Part shown: positions 9,792-17,784 of the stretch, piece after piece
How positions within the stretch are numbered: position 1 is the first letter of the stretch
How the letters are laid out: every line of letters starts with the position of its first letter
Assembly: GCA_964368255.1 (NCBI GenBank)
Contig: CAYJBW010000002.1
Coordinates: 1 to 58,661 of the forward strand
From: an uncultured Christensenella sp.
GTDB lineage: Bacteria > Bacillota > Clostridia > Christensenellales > DTU072
Length of the DNA stretch: 58,661 bases
Direction: 5' to 3'
Made by a program: the position numbers and the translations under genes
The notes under the pieces: generated by a model
Told to the model about the DNA's origin: nothing
What the model saw: only the letters and a program-made list of their open reading frames with translations
Databases searched by the model: none

Positions 9792-10217
9792 TTATTTTTT
9801 GTATTCGACAATTATGGAATTCCGTTTGCAAGTTGCTAAGCAAACGCCACATTTTATACACCTTTCCTCGACTATTGTAAAGGGTTGTTTGACCACTCCC
9901 GTGATAGCGTGTGCCACGCAACGCCTGCTACAAAGCGAGCAACCATTGCATTTGGTTTCGTCAATACGCACCGATAAAATCACCTTTGTATTTACGTCAG
10001 GAACAATGGCTCCAATGGGACAATGCTCACTGCACATGCCACAACTTGTACACAAGTTGTGGTCAATGGTGTATTCGTTTGTATCGGTATTTACTTTAAT
10101 GGCATCAAACGGACATAAAAACTCACAAAAACCGCAAGAAACACATTTATCCGACTTTACGTAGTAACTCATATGCTCTCCAATAATCCCCTTAGAAATG
10201 TTACCATATTTTTCCAA
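9792..10217 (-). CDS. Polyferredoxin with four 4Fe-4S cluster-binding motifs
   Basis: 141 aa. CVSCGFCEFLCP, CTSCGMCSEHCP, CNGCSLCSRRC and CIKCGVCLATC. Confidence 0.85.
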   Translation of the reverse strand: MEKYGNISKGIIGEHMSYYVKSDKCVSCGFCEFLCPFDAIKVNTDTNEYTIDHNLCTSCGMCSEHCPIGAIVPDVNTKVILSVRIDETKCNGCSLCSRRCVAHAITGVVKQPFTIVEERCIKCGVCLATCKRNSIIVEYKK

Positions 10218-10252
10218 TTATTGCAAAGTAATATTTTACAAAATAGAAAATT

Positions 10253-11278
10253 TTATAAAAATGTTGCGTCGTCTAGCTTTTTTACACTTCCTTTATATAT
10301 TACACCATATTGGCATAATGTGGCAAGCTCAAAAAGTTTATTTTTATCAACAGCTACCAAGTTATGATTTTTAGTAAAAAATTTGTTGGCTTCGTTGTGG
10401 AAAGTGGTATTGGTAATAAAAAGCCCCCTGCTACCTTTTTCCGAACTCATCGCCCCAAAAAATTCTCTCACTTCCTTCACCGTCACTTGGGAAGAAACTC
10501 TGACTTTACACTGTATGTATATCTTTTCCCGGTAGCCAAGGCTGTCTTCGATTTCTATAATACCATCTATACCATTATCGTTAGGTCCACCGGTAAGTTT
10601 GGAGCTCCTAAGTGTATAAAATTTGGTAAAGTATGCTTCCAAAAGCCTAACACAGTATGCTTCAAAGAACTCACCGCCCTTTATATTGAAAGCTTTAATA
10701 AAATATGGGAAAACATCTTCAGCTTCGGAAGCGTCCCGCAAACAATTGCCAATTTCTGTGTTGGGGTAGTTGGTATGTACATTAAGGTTATAATCTCCGC
10801 CGGCTTTCACGATTATTTCTGCCTTGAGTAGCTTAGCTAAAGCGTTACCCGCCAAGCGGTGTACTTCAATAGTGTTATCTATAAGCGGATTTATTTGGAA
10901 CTTCTCGTCTATTTTTTTGAAAATATTTTTTTTTGTAAGGGTTTTGTTTTCTTCTAGCATTTTTAGAATGCTTTGTTCAATTTCGTCTTCCTTGTATATT
11001 TCCTTTATACCTTTGGCAAGATGAATTTTTTTGTCGTTGTCAATTGTTAGGTCTTGATTGTACAAAAGTTGACTAAGTACCTGCCCAATATGGGACTTAC
11101 ACAGTGTTAGGTAGCTGTTGCTGGATGTGTCTTTCATCTCTTCGGGCGTAAGGTTCATTTTTTTTACGCAGTCAGAAATCACCGTTTTACGGGACTTTGG
11201 TGTGTTTTTTATGGATTCTAATATCCATTTTTTTATAGCCACATTGTCTATAGTATTATGTTCTCGGGATGCCATCAA
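10253..11278 (-). CDS. Mrr-family (type IV-like) restriction endonuclease domain protein with an uncharacterised N-terminal region of about 200 aa
   Basis: 341 aa. The C-terminal region FEAYCVRLL...GGPNDNGIDGIIEIEDSLGYREKIYIQCKVR matches the Mrr_cat D-(D/E)xK core pattern. AGGTGA SD. No methyltransferase gene is adjacent. Confidence 0.7.
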   Translation of the reverse strand: MMASREHNTIDNVAIKKWILESIKNTPKSRKTVISDCVKKMNLTPEEMKDTSSNSYLTLCKSHIGQVLSQLLYNQDLTIDNDKKIHLAKGIKEIYKEDEIEQSILKMLEENKTLTKKNIFKKIDEKFQINPLIDNTIEVHRLAGNALAKLLKAEIIVKAGGDYNLNVHTNYPNTEIGNCLRDASEAEDVFPYFIKAFNIKGGEFFEAYCVRLLEAYFTKFYTLRSSKLTGGPNDNGIDGIIEIEDSLGYREKIYIQCKVRVSSQVTVKEVREFFGAMSSEKGSRGLFITNTTFHNEANKFFTKNHNLVAVDKNKLFELATLCQYGVIYKGSVKKLDDATFL

Positions 11279-11282
11279 TCAC

Positions 11283-11816
11283 CTATTTATTCAAATCTAT
11301 CCAATAGATATTTAGCATAGTGTCGTCATCATAAGGTACAACATCGGTTAATTCTCCGCCACATTTAAGAATGGTTTTTATCGAAGCTGTGTTAGTTGTT
11401 GCGCAACTTAGCATAACTTTGTCCAGACCTAGACCAAGTGCGTATTCCTTTGCAAAGTTGAGCATTTGTACGGCAATACCTTTGTTCCTTTCTTCTGGAG
11501 CAACAGAATAGCCTATGTGACCTGCGTAAGAAGAAAGAAAAACATTGTTTAGGTTGTGGCGAATGTCAATTATGCCTACTATTTTTTCGTCGCTCTCTCT
11601 TAATGCAAAAAATGTTGTTGCTGGCACCCAATCGGCGCGGACAGTTGCTTCGCTTCTATTAGCTTCGTTTATTTCCAACCACTCAAAGTATTCCAGGTGG
11701 TCAAAAAGAGCGCTGCCGTTGATAACAAATTCGCCTTCCGTAAAAAAAGAATTTTTGAAAGCGTCTGCTTTTTCTTCCATATCTTTGGTAGGGAGAACCA
11801 TGCATAAATTTTTCAT
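11283..11816 (-). CDS. GNAT-family N-acetyltransferase
   Basis: 177 aa. GHIGYSVAPEERNKGIAVQML matches the acetyl-CoA binding motif A pattern. It ends 4 nt before the Mrr-like gene. Confidence 0.8.
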   Translation of the reverse strand: MKNLCMVLPTKDMEEKADAFKNSFFTEGEFVINGSALFDHLEYFEWLEINEANRSEATVRADWVPATTFFALRESDEKIVGIIDIRHNLNNVFLSSYAGHIGYSVAPEERNKGIAVQMLNFAKEYALGLGLDKVMLSCATTNTASIKTILKCGGELTDVVPYDDDTMLNIYWIDLNK

Positions 11817-11822
11817 AATATT

Positions 11823-11851
11823 AGTATATTATATATTTTTCGATTCGTCAA
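11823..11851 (-). promoter_or_regulatory. Promoter TTGACG-17 nt-TATACT ending 6 nt before the GNAT ATG (candidate leaderless transcript)
   Basis: On the minus strand: TTGACG (11851-11846), 17-nt spacer, TATACT (11828-11823), AATATT, then ATG (11816). There is no SD. Confidence 0.45.
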
Positions 11852-11938
11852 TATTGTTTAGGAACAATTCGTATTCTTACTAATATATATTAGTAGTTAA
11901 TGCCATTTTTATGTATTGAGATTTTGTTTTTTTGTATA

Positions 11939-11967
11939 TTGAATAATTATAAAAAAAATGTTACAAT
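11939..11967 (+). promoter_or_regulatory. Promoter TTGAAT-17 nt-TACAAT for the Flg_new/transglutaminase lipoprotein gene
   Basis: -35 at 11939-11944 and -10 at 11962-11967. The ORF-track ATG at 11958 falls inside the spacer, which argues for the downstream GTG start. Confidence 0.5.
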
Positions 11968-12008
11968 ATAAAATAGCAAATTATTGGCATCATTTACGGG
12001 GAGGACAG

Positions 12009-14738
12009 GTGAAAAACTCAAAAAAAAGTTTAACATTGACGATAATTTTTGTATTATTTCTTTTGGTTTTTGCTTCTTGTAACATAGCTGGAAATGGTGG
12101 CGAAACTTTTACAATAGGGCTTAACCTAAACGGCGGAGAAGGTATAGATGCCAAAGACTTCATTTCTGGCAACAAGCTAATAGAGCCAAGCAAAGTTCCT
12201 ATCAAAAAGGGATGCGAGTTCTTGGGTTGGTATTATGATAGCGACTTCAAGACGGAAATTACTTTTGATGCACAAATAACCAAAAACATTATCATTTTTG
12301 CAAAATGGAGCGATGTTAAATGGGCGGTAACCTTTGTTTATGGTGGAGCAATAGATAGCGAAACTTATTTTGTGGAAGACAAGGGCAAGGCAACGCAGCC
12401 TACAAAACTTCCCTCAGTGCATGGTTACAGTATTTCGGGTTGGTACAAAAACAGCAACTTTTCCACACCTTTTAGCTTCGCAGAAGCCATTCAAGATGAT
12501 ATAAATATTTATGCAAAGTGGGATATTGCTTCCTATCAAATAAATTATAATTTCGATAATGGTTCTCCGCACATAAACACAATTTATTCTTACACAATAG
12601 ACACATCTGTTACCCTTTCTCCCCCGAGTAGAGATGGTTATGACTTTTTAGGGTGGTATGACAATGCAGATTTTGAAGGGGAGCCTATTACTAATATTAC
12701 TAAGGGCAGTTATGGCGATAAGGATTTGTTTGCTAGATACTTGTGTTACAAAAACGATATAGAAAGGACAATGCTTGGGGCAAAAATCACTCAAGACACC
12801 ATTGCCGTAAGCGTAAACTATGCGCAAGAGACACTTGCACTTGATAGTAATAATATAACAGTTAGCGATAGGGCAACTTTTGTTTTGTATGATGCACTAG
12901 ACCAAATTTGCCTTTATAACACCATTGCTTTGCCAGATGCGCCATCAGAAAATTATGTAGAAACAACAGGGAAAATCATTGTCACTTCAGAAAAAGGCAC
13001 AACCAAAGAATATAATTTGACAATAAAAAAATATGCTACAGGGGCAAGTGTTACGGTTGTATTTGACACTGACAAAGCTCCGCCAATAGGTCAGGTGGTA
13101 ATACCTATTTCAACCCAAATAGAAGCGCCAACGCTAAGCGCAGTGGAAGGATATAGCTTTGATGGATGGTGTGAAGACCAAGAATGTACCATTTTGTTTG
13201 ACTTTGACTCGACTATAGGAAGCGACATAACGCTTTATGCCAAGTTCACTCCTATAGCATACAACATAAACTATTACTTAGGAGTGGGCAGTAATGTAAG
13301 TGGCAATGTGGGTACATATACTATAGAAGACACCATAGTTTTTGCTGATGCACAAGGCACCGACCTTTATGACTTTTTTGGGTGGTACATCGATAAGAAT
13401 TTTGTTCAAGCCATTACAAGGATAGAAAATAAGATAGGTGATGTTAGTGTTTTTGCTAAATACGCGCTAAAAGTAGACCAATCCGCTATGACGCTAAAAT
13501 ATACAGGCGACCAAACTTTTAACAACGCGCAAAGTAGTCAGCTAACAAAGTATTTGGAATATGTTGTATATAACAAGTCAAGCACTGCAAGTTTTAACCT
13601 TAATATAGATATTGAAGAAAGTGGGTATGATACTTTTATTCAAAACGCTTGGCGCAATATGGAGATATCAAAAAGTACTTTAAGTTGGACGGCTTCACGC
13701 TCTGGCGGTCAAGTTACTATGACTTTCACTTACAATGACTACCCTTCTTTCAAGTCAAGCGAAACAGACAAGTACACACAATTAGACTATTTTGTGCATG
13801 AAGATTATACGGCAGTTCGGGGACTAACTTATGACGATTTCAAAATAAATTCTGTTGGCGAAAAAGTAGAAGTATCAAGTAGCGATATGTTGTTCTATGT
13901 CCTTTCTATGGGCTACCAACCACTGCCCAAAGCAGGTTCTGACGCTGAGAGAATGTACAATAAGGCAAAAGTTGTGCTAAGGAATATAATTGACGAGAGT
14001 ATGACAGATACTGAGAAGTTACATAGCATATATGACTACCTAATTATGAATGTGGTCTATGACAAGGACTTATTAACATATACCCAAGGCGCTTCCCCAG
14101 AAAACATCCACAGCTACAATGGTTTTTATTTGGAAGGAGTTTTTGACGATTATAGGGCAGTTTGTGACGGCATAAGTAAAGCCTTTGTTGTGCTTGCAAG
14201 AATGGAAGGAATAGAGTGTTATCAAGTAATTTATTCGCCAGCAGAAGGCGTTGGACACGCTTGGAACAAGGTCAAGATTGACGGAGAGTTCTATATAATT
14301 GACGCTACTTCCGGGGGGACAATAATAGACAATAGCGAAGCATTGACGCATAAGTACTTTATGATTAGCGAAGATAAATATAAGAATTTGACCGCCCATG
14401 ACGAGTTTGCTGGGTACATAGGAACGACACATACTGACAAAGTAGCAGAAAGTGACGATTATAATGTTTATGAAAGTATTACTGTAATGTACGGGGCAAC
14501 GGTCTTTGATATGGTAATAACAACTCAAGACGAACTAAACGCATTGGTAGTGATTGCTAAAGAGTATAGCGAAAACCCAGAATATGAAGGTAGAAACTTT
14601 ACTTTAGATGCTCTAGTCACCTTTGATTATGGTGAAGATTTAGCTGATGAGTGGCAAACGGCTGCTAACCTAAATACTACATTCCGCTATGCCTTTGACA
14701 AAGGATACATAATAATAATTGTAATGAATGAAGAATAA
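12009..14738 (+). CDS. Surface lipoprotein with several Listeria-Bacteroides (Flg_new) repeats and a C-terminal transglutaminase-like cysteine protease core
   Basis: The ORF is open from 11958. The likely start is GTG 12009, 4 nt after a GGAGG, which gives VKNSKKSLTLTIIFVLFLLVFASC (signal peptide plus lipobox Cys). It has repeated G(Y/C)xFxGWY...F.F...I..(D/N)I.(L/I)YAKW units. The C-terminal region shows C...H...D (AVCDGISKAF, GHAWNKV, YIIDAT). Confidence 0.8.
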   Translation: MKNSKKSLTLTIIFVLFLLVFASCNIAGNGGETFTIGLNLNGGEGIDAKDFISGNKLIEPSKVPIKKGCEFLGWYYDSDFKTEITFDAQITKNIIIFAKWSDVKWAVTFVYGGAIDSETYFVEDKGKATQPTKLPSVHGYSISGWYKNSNFSTPFSFAEAIQDDINIYAKWDIASYQINYNFDNGSPHINTIYSYTIDTSVTLSPPSRDGYDFLGWYDNADFEGEPITNITKGSYGDKDLFARYLCYKNDIERTMLGAKITQDTIAVSVNYAQETLALDSNNITVSDRATFVLYDALDQICLYNTIALPDAPSENYVETTGKIIVTSEKGTTKEYNLTIKKYATGASVTVVFDTDKAPPIGQVVIPISTQIEAPTLSAVEGYSFDGWCEDQECTILFDFDSTIGSDITLYAKFTPIAYNINYYLGVGSNVSGNVGTYTIEDTIVFADAQGTDLYDFFGWYIDKNFVQAITRIENKIGDVSVFAKYALKVDQSAMTLKYTGDQTFNNAQSSQLTKYLEYVVYNKSSTASFNLNIDIEESGYDTFIQNAWRNMEISKSTLSWTASRSGGQVTMTFTYNDYPSFKSSETDKYTQLDYFVHEDYTAVRGLTYDDFKINSVGEKVEVSSSDMLFYVLSMGYQPLPKAGSDAERMYNKAKVVLRNIIDESMTDTEKLHSIYDYLIMNVVYDKDLLTYTQGASPENIHSYNGFYLEGVFDDYRAVCDGISKAFVVLARMEGIECYQVIYSPAEGVGHAWNKVKIDGEFYIIDATSGGTIIDNSEALTHKYFMISEDKYKNLTAHDEFAGYIGTTHTDKVAESDDYNVYESITVMYGATVFDMVITTQDELNALVVIAKEYSENPEYEGRNFTLDALVTFDYGEDLADEWQTAANLNTTFRYAFDKGYIIIIVMNEE

Positions 14739-14768
14739 ATATTTTTATAAGTAATAAGGAGGGGTACT

Positions 14769-16472
14769 ATGACAAACGAACTATTGAACGATAGCACAAG
14801 ATGGGAGAAGGTGGAGATTAAGCCAGGTTATGGTGTTACAAGGTGGGAGAAAGCCGACCGCATTAACGAAAGACTAGACAATTTGCGAGCCAATCCAATT
14901 TATGACCTAAAGCCAGAAGCCTTGAAAGCAGTACTGAAGCATTTTGAAACAAAATGCGGAGAGTCTAAAAAAATAACTAGCGAAGCCAAAACCTTTATTC
15001 CGGGCGGAGTTCAACACAATCTTGCGTTCAACTACCCATTCCCGATATGTATAACCAAAGCAGAGGGAGCGTTTTTGTATGACATAGACGGCAATAAGTA
15101 TTATGACTTTTTACAGGCAGGCGGACCAACAATACTGGGTAGTAACTATGAGCCTGTTAGGAAGAAGGTTATGGACTTGTTACAAACTTGTGGTCCTGTT
15201 ACTGGTCTTTTTCACGAATCGGAGCTACTTATTGCTAAAGAAATAAATAAGCACATGCCTAATGTGGAGAAGTTCCGCATGCTAGGAAGCGGTACAGAAA
15301 GTGTAATGGCGGCTTTGCGTGTGGCGCGGTGCGCTACTGGCAAAAAGAGAATTGTTAAGGTGGGCGGTGCTTATCACGGTTGGTCTGACCAAATGGTTTA
15401 TGGCTTAAAGGTGCCAGGCACCAGACAATATTTAGAGAGTCACGGCATACCTAACAATATTTTTAGTCTTATAGACGAAGTTCAACCCAATAATCTTGAC
15501 ATGCTAGAAACTTGCCTAAAGAGAAACACAAGGAAGGGTGGCACAGCGGCGGTAATTGTGGAGCCAGTTGGACCAGAAAGTGGCACTCGGCCAGTGGACT
15601 TTTTGTACAACAACGCAGTAAGGGCGCTATGTGACAAATACGGTTGCTTGTTTATTTTTGACGAAGTAGTGTCGGGATTCCGTATTGGACTTGGCGGAGC
15701 GCAAGGACTATTTGATGTGGTGCCAGACCTTACTATTTTTGGCAAAGTGGTGGCGGGTGGATACCCGGCAGCTGGCGGAGTAGGTGGCAAAAAAGAGTAT
15801 GTTGACTGTATGGCGGCAGGAGTTGCCACGGGTATGAAAAGGGCATATGTTGGCGGTACGCTGGCAGCTAATCCACTTTCGGCATTCGCTGGATACTGTG
15901 CCATTCAAGAGATAGAAAGAACCAATGCCTGTGAGGTGGCAGGCAGAGCAGGAGACCGCCTTGCTGACGGGTTGCAAGTACTTGTTGACAAATATAACCT
16001 ACCATATGTTGTGTACAATCAAGGCAGTATAGTGCATCTAGAATGCGCAGGCGCAATGAGCTATGACTTCTCATCTTTCAATATAGTAAAGAGTCTACTT
16101 GGTGTGCTAAAGAAAAAGCCCGAAGTAATGCTACGCAAAGTTGCTATGGAGCATATGGGAGCTGCCTATATGGCAAACGGCATAGTTACTCTTGCAGGAA
16201 GTCGCTTGTATACTTCGCTTGCCGACACTGACGAAGTAATTGACGGCGCCCTTAACAGATTTGAAGACGTGTTCAAACTTGTTGCCGCTGGGGAAAGCGT
16301 AGAAAGCATGATTAAGCGTGACGAAGAGATAAACAAAGCCAAGAAAGCCGAGAAAAAAGTTGCTAAAAAGGCGAATAAATCCCGTTGGGCAGCGGAAGAT
16401 AAACAAAAGGCAGAGAATGGTGATACACAGTACCAACTTATTAGAAGCAAAATTGACGAATTAAGAAAATAG
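14769..16472 (+). CDS. Class-III PLP aminotransferase, glutamate-1-semialdehyde 2,1-aminomutase-like, with an N-terminal extension of about 70 aa and a Lys-rich C-terminal tail
   Basis: 567 aa. HemL-like blocks are AEGAFLYDIDGNKYYDF, GSGTESVMAALRVAR, FDEVVSGFR, and FGKVVAGGYP (PLP Lys). The tail is KAKKAEKKVAKKANKSRW. AAGGAGG SD. Confidence 0.8.
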   Translation: MTNELLNDSTRWEKVEIKPGYGVTRWEKADRINERLDNLRANPIYDLKPEALKAVLKHFETKCGESKKITSEAKTFIPGGVQHNLAFNYPFPICITKAEGAFLYDIDGNKYYDFLQAGGPTILGSNYEPVRKKVMDLLQTCGPVTGLFHESELLIAKEINKHMPNVEKFRMLGSGTESVMAALRVARCATGKKRIVKVGGAYHGWSDQMVYGLKVPGTRQYLESHGIPNNIFSLIDEVQPNNLDMLETCLKRNTRKGGTAAVIVEPVGPESGTRPVDFLYNNAVRALCDKYGCLFIFDEVVSGFRIGLGGAQGLFDVVPDLTIFGKVVAGGYPAAGGVGGKKEYVDCMAAGVATGMKRAYVGGTLAANPLSAFAGYCAIQEIERTNACEVAGRAGDRLADGLQVLVDKYNLPYVVYNQGSIVHLECAGAMSYDFSSFNIVKSLLGVLKKKPEVMLRKVAMEHMGAAYMANGIVTLAGSRLYTSLADTDEVIDGALNRFEDVFKLVAAGESVESMIKRDEEINKAKKAEKKVAKKANKSRWAAEDKQKAENGDTQYQLIRSKIDELRK

Positions 16473-16481
16473 GAGCGTGTA

Positions 16482-17081
16482 ATGAAGAAAAAAGTTATAG
16501 TAGATTACGCAAAAAAGCTGTATGACAACAAACTAAGCGGTGAGGGCGGTTTTATCGCATACAGGATTGACGAAAGTACAGCATTTCTGTGGGAAGGAGA
16601 TTTTGACAAAGCTAACGAAGAAGGCATAGTGACTATTGATTATAGTAGCGAAGATTCTTTGGCGGCAAAAATACTTAAGAGCAAGCGTGGCATAAATGTT
16701 GTGCTTAGTATATCGCCGAAAAAAGTAAAGCTAATTGCTAAAGCAAGGGTAGATATCCCAGCTATGCTTGACGATATGGCGCAAATAGTGGGCAGAAAGG
16801 TAAAAGTGTGCAAAAACGATGACAATAAAGTTCTTAAAACCATAAAAAAAGCCAACTCTGTCATAATAGAAGACCTTGGTGCTGTGGTAACCGCGCGGAC
16901 ACTTAACGAAGCGTTTACTTGCTGTATGGTGCTAGAAAAGTGCGCTTTTGTCTATGTGAACTCACTTGCGCTAGGCGGATGCAAAAAGATAGACTACATT
17001 TCTGCAAAACTTATGCAACTGTTTTATAGGCTAAAATATAGCAAAAAGAACCAAGAAATAATGATGTCGGAGGAAAAATAA
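16482..17081 (+). CDS. Class-II aldolase/adducin-fold protein, apparently degenerate (metal-binding His residues absent)
   Basis: 199 aa, collinear with the next gene. It has SISPKKV where the paralog has HTHPTY, and EDLGAVV where the paralog has ANHGVM. Confidence 0.6.
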   Translation: MKKKVIVDYAKKLYDNKLSGEGGFIAYRIDESTAFLWEGDFDKANEEGIVTIDYSSEDSLAAKILKSKRGINVVLSISPKKVKLIAKARVDIPAMLDDMAQIVGRKVKVCKNDDNKVLKTIKKANSVIIEDLGAVVTARTLNEAFTCCMVLEKCAFVYVNSLALGGCKKIDYISAKLMQLFYRLKYSKKNQEIMMSEEK

Positions 17082-17714
17082 ATGGATAAACTTAGAAAAA
17101 TACTGATAGACTCCGGACTGAGATTATTAGAAAATAACCTTGTGCAAGGTACTTGGGGCAACAGTTCTTACAGAATAGACGAAAATACTATGCTAATATC
17201 CCCATCTGGACTGGACTACACTTGTCTAACAGAAGAAGATATGGTTGTGGTGGATATCAACACCATGGAATGGACGGGCAAACACAAACCGTCCAGCGAA
17301 AAAGGCGTTCATGCGGGTGTGTATAGAGACCGCAAGGATATCAATGCAATTATTCACACTCATCCCACTTATTGTAGCGTTTTTGCGGCAACCAGAACGG
17401 TTTTACCTTGCTTAAATGACCAAATGAAAGAACTTATTCTAGGTGATGTAAAGGTAGCCGATTATGGTCTTCCTAGCACAAACACTTTGACAAAGAACAC
17501 AATCAAGGGCATGGAAGGGCGCAATGCTTGCTTTATGGCAAATCACGGTGTAATGTGCGCTGGCACAGATATGGAGCATGCCTTCCAAATTATTAAATTC
17601 TTAGAGCAAACTTGCAAGGAATATATCGAAGCAAAAACATTAGAGCTTACCGGCGAAAAGGTGTTTAGTGATGAACTAATAGAAAGATATTTTTTAGAAA
17701 ATAAGTGCAAGTAA
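17082..17714 (+). CDS. Class-II aldolase/adducin family protein (FucA/AraD/MtnB-like) with catalytic residues present
   Basis: 210 aa. GTWGNSS, PSSE, IIHTHPTY and ANHGVMCAG correspond to the FucA substrate and Zn-binding positions. Its start abuts the previous stop. Confidence 0.8.
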   Translation: MDKLRKILIDSGLRLLENNLVQGTWGNSSYRIDENTMLISPSGLDYTCLTEEDMVVVDINTMEWTGKHKPSSEKGVHAGVYRDRKDINAIIHTHPTYCSVFAATRTVLPCLNDQMKELILGDVKVADYGLPSTNTLTKNTIKGMEGRNACFMANHGVMCAGTDMEHAFQIIKFLEQTCKEYIEAKTLELTGEKVFSDELIERYFLENKCK

Positions 17715-17731
17715 AAGCAAATTTTTACAGT

Positions 17732-17768
17732 AAAAAAGCCCGAAAGCGTATACGCTTTCGGGCTTTTA
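17732..17768. terminator. Bidirectional intrinsic terminator between convergent genes
   Basis: AAAAA-AGCCCGAAAGCG-TATA-CGCTTTCGGGCT-TTTT. A perfect 12-bp stem is flanked by A and T tracts. Confidence 0.9.
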
Positions 17769-17784
17769 CATTTAAGTCAACATT

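Noticed and set aside
15482-16450. Cluster of minus-strand ORFs (15482-15904, 15708-15977, 15868-16074, 16131-16436, 16166-16450)
   Set aside because: They are antisense to the class-III aminotransferase gene, which has clear family motifs in the plus frame. They also overlap one another and cannot all be real.
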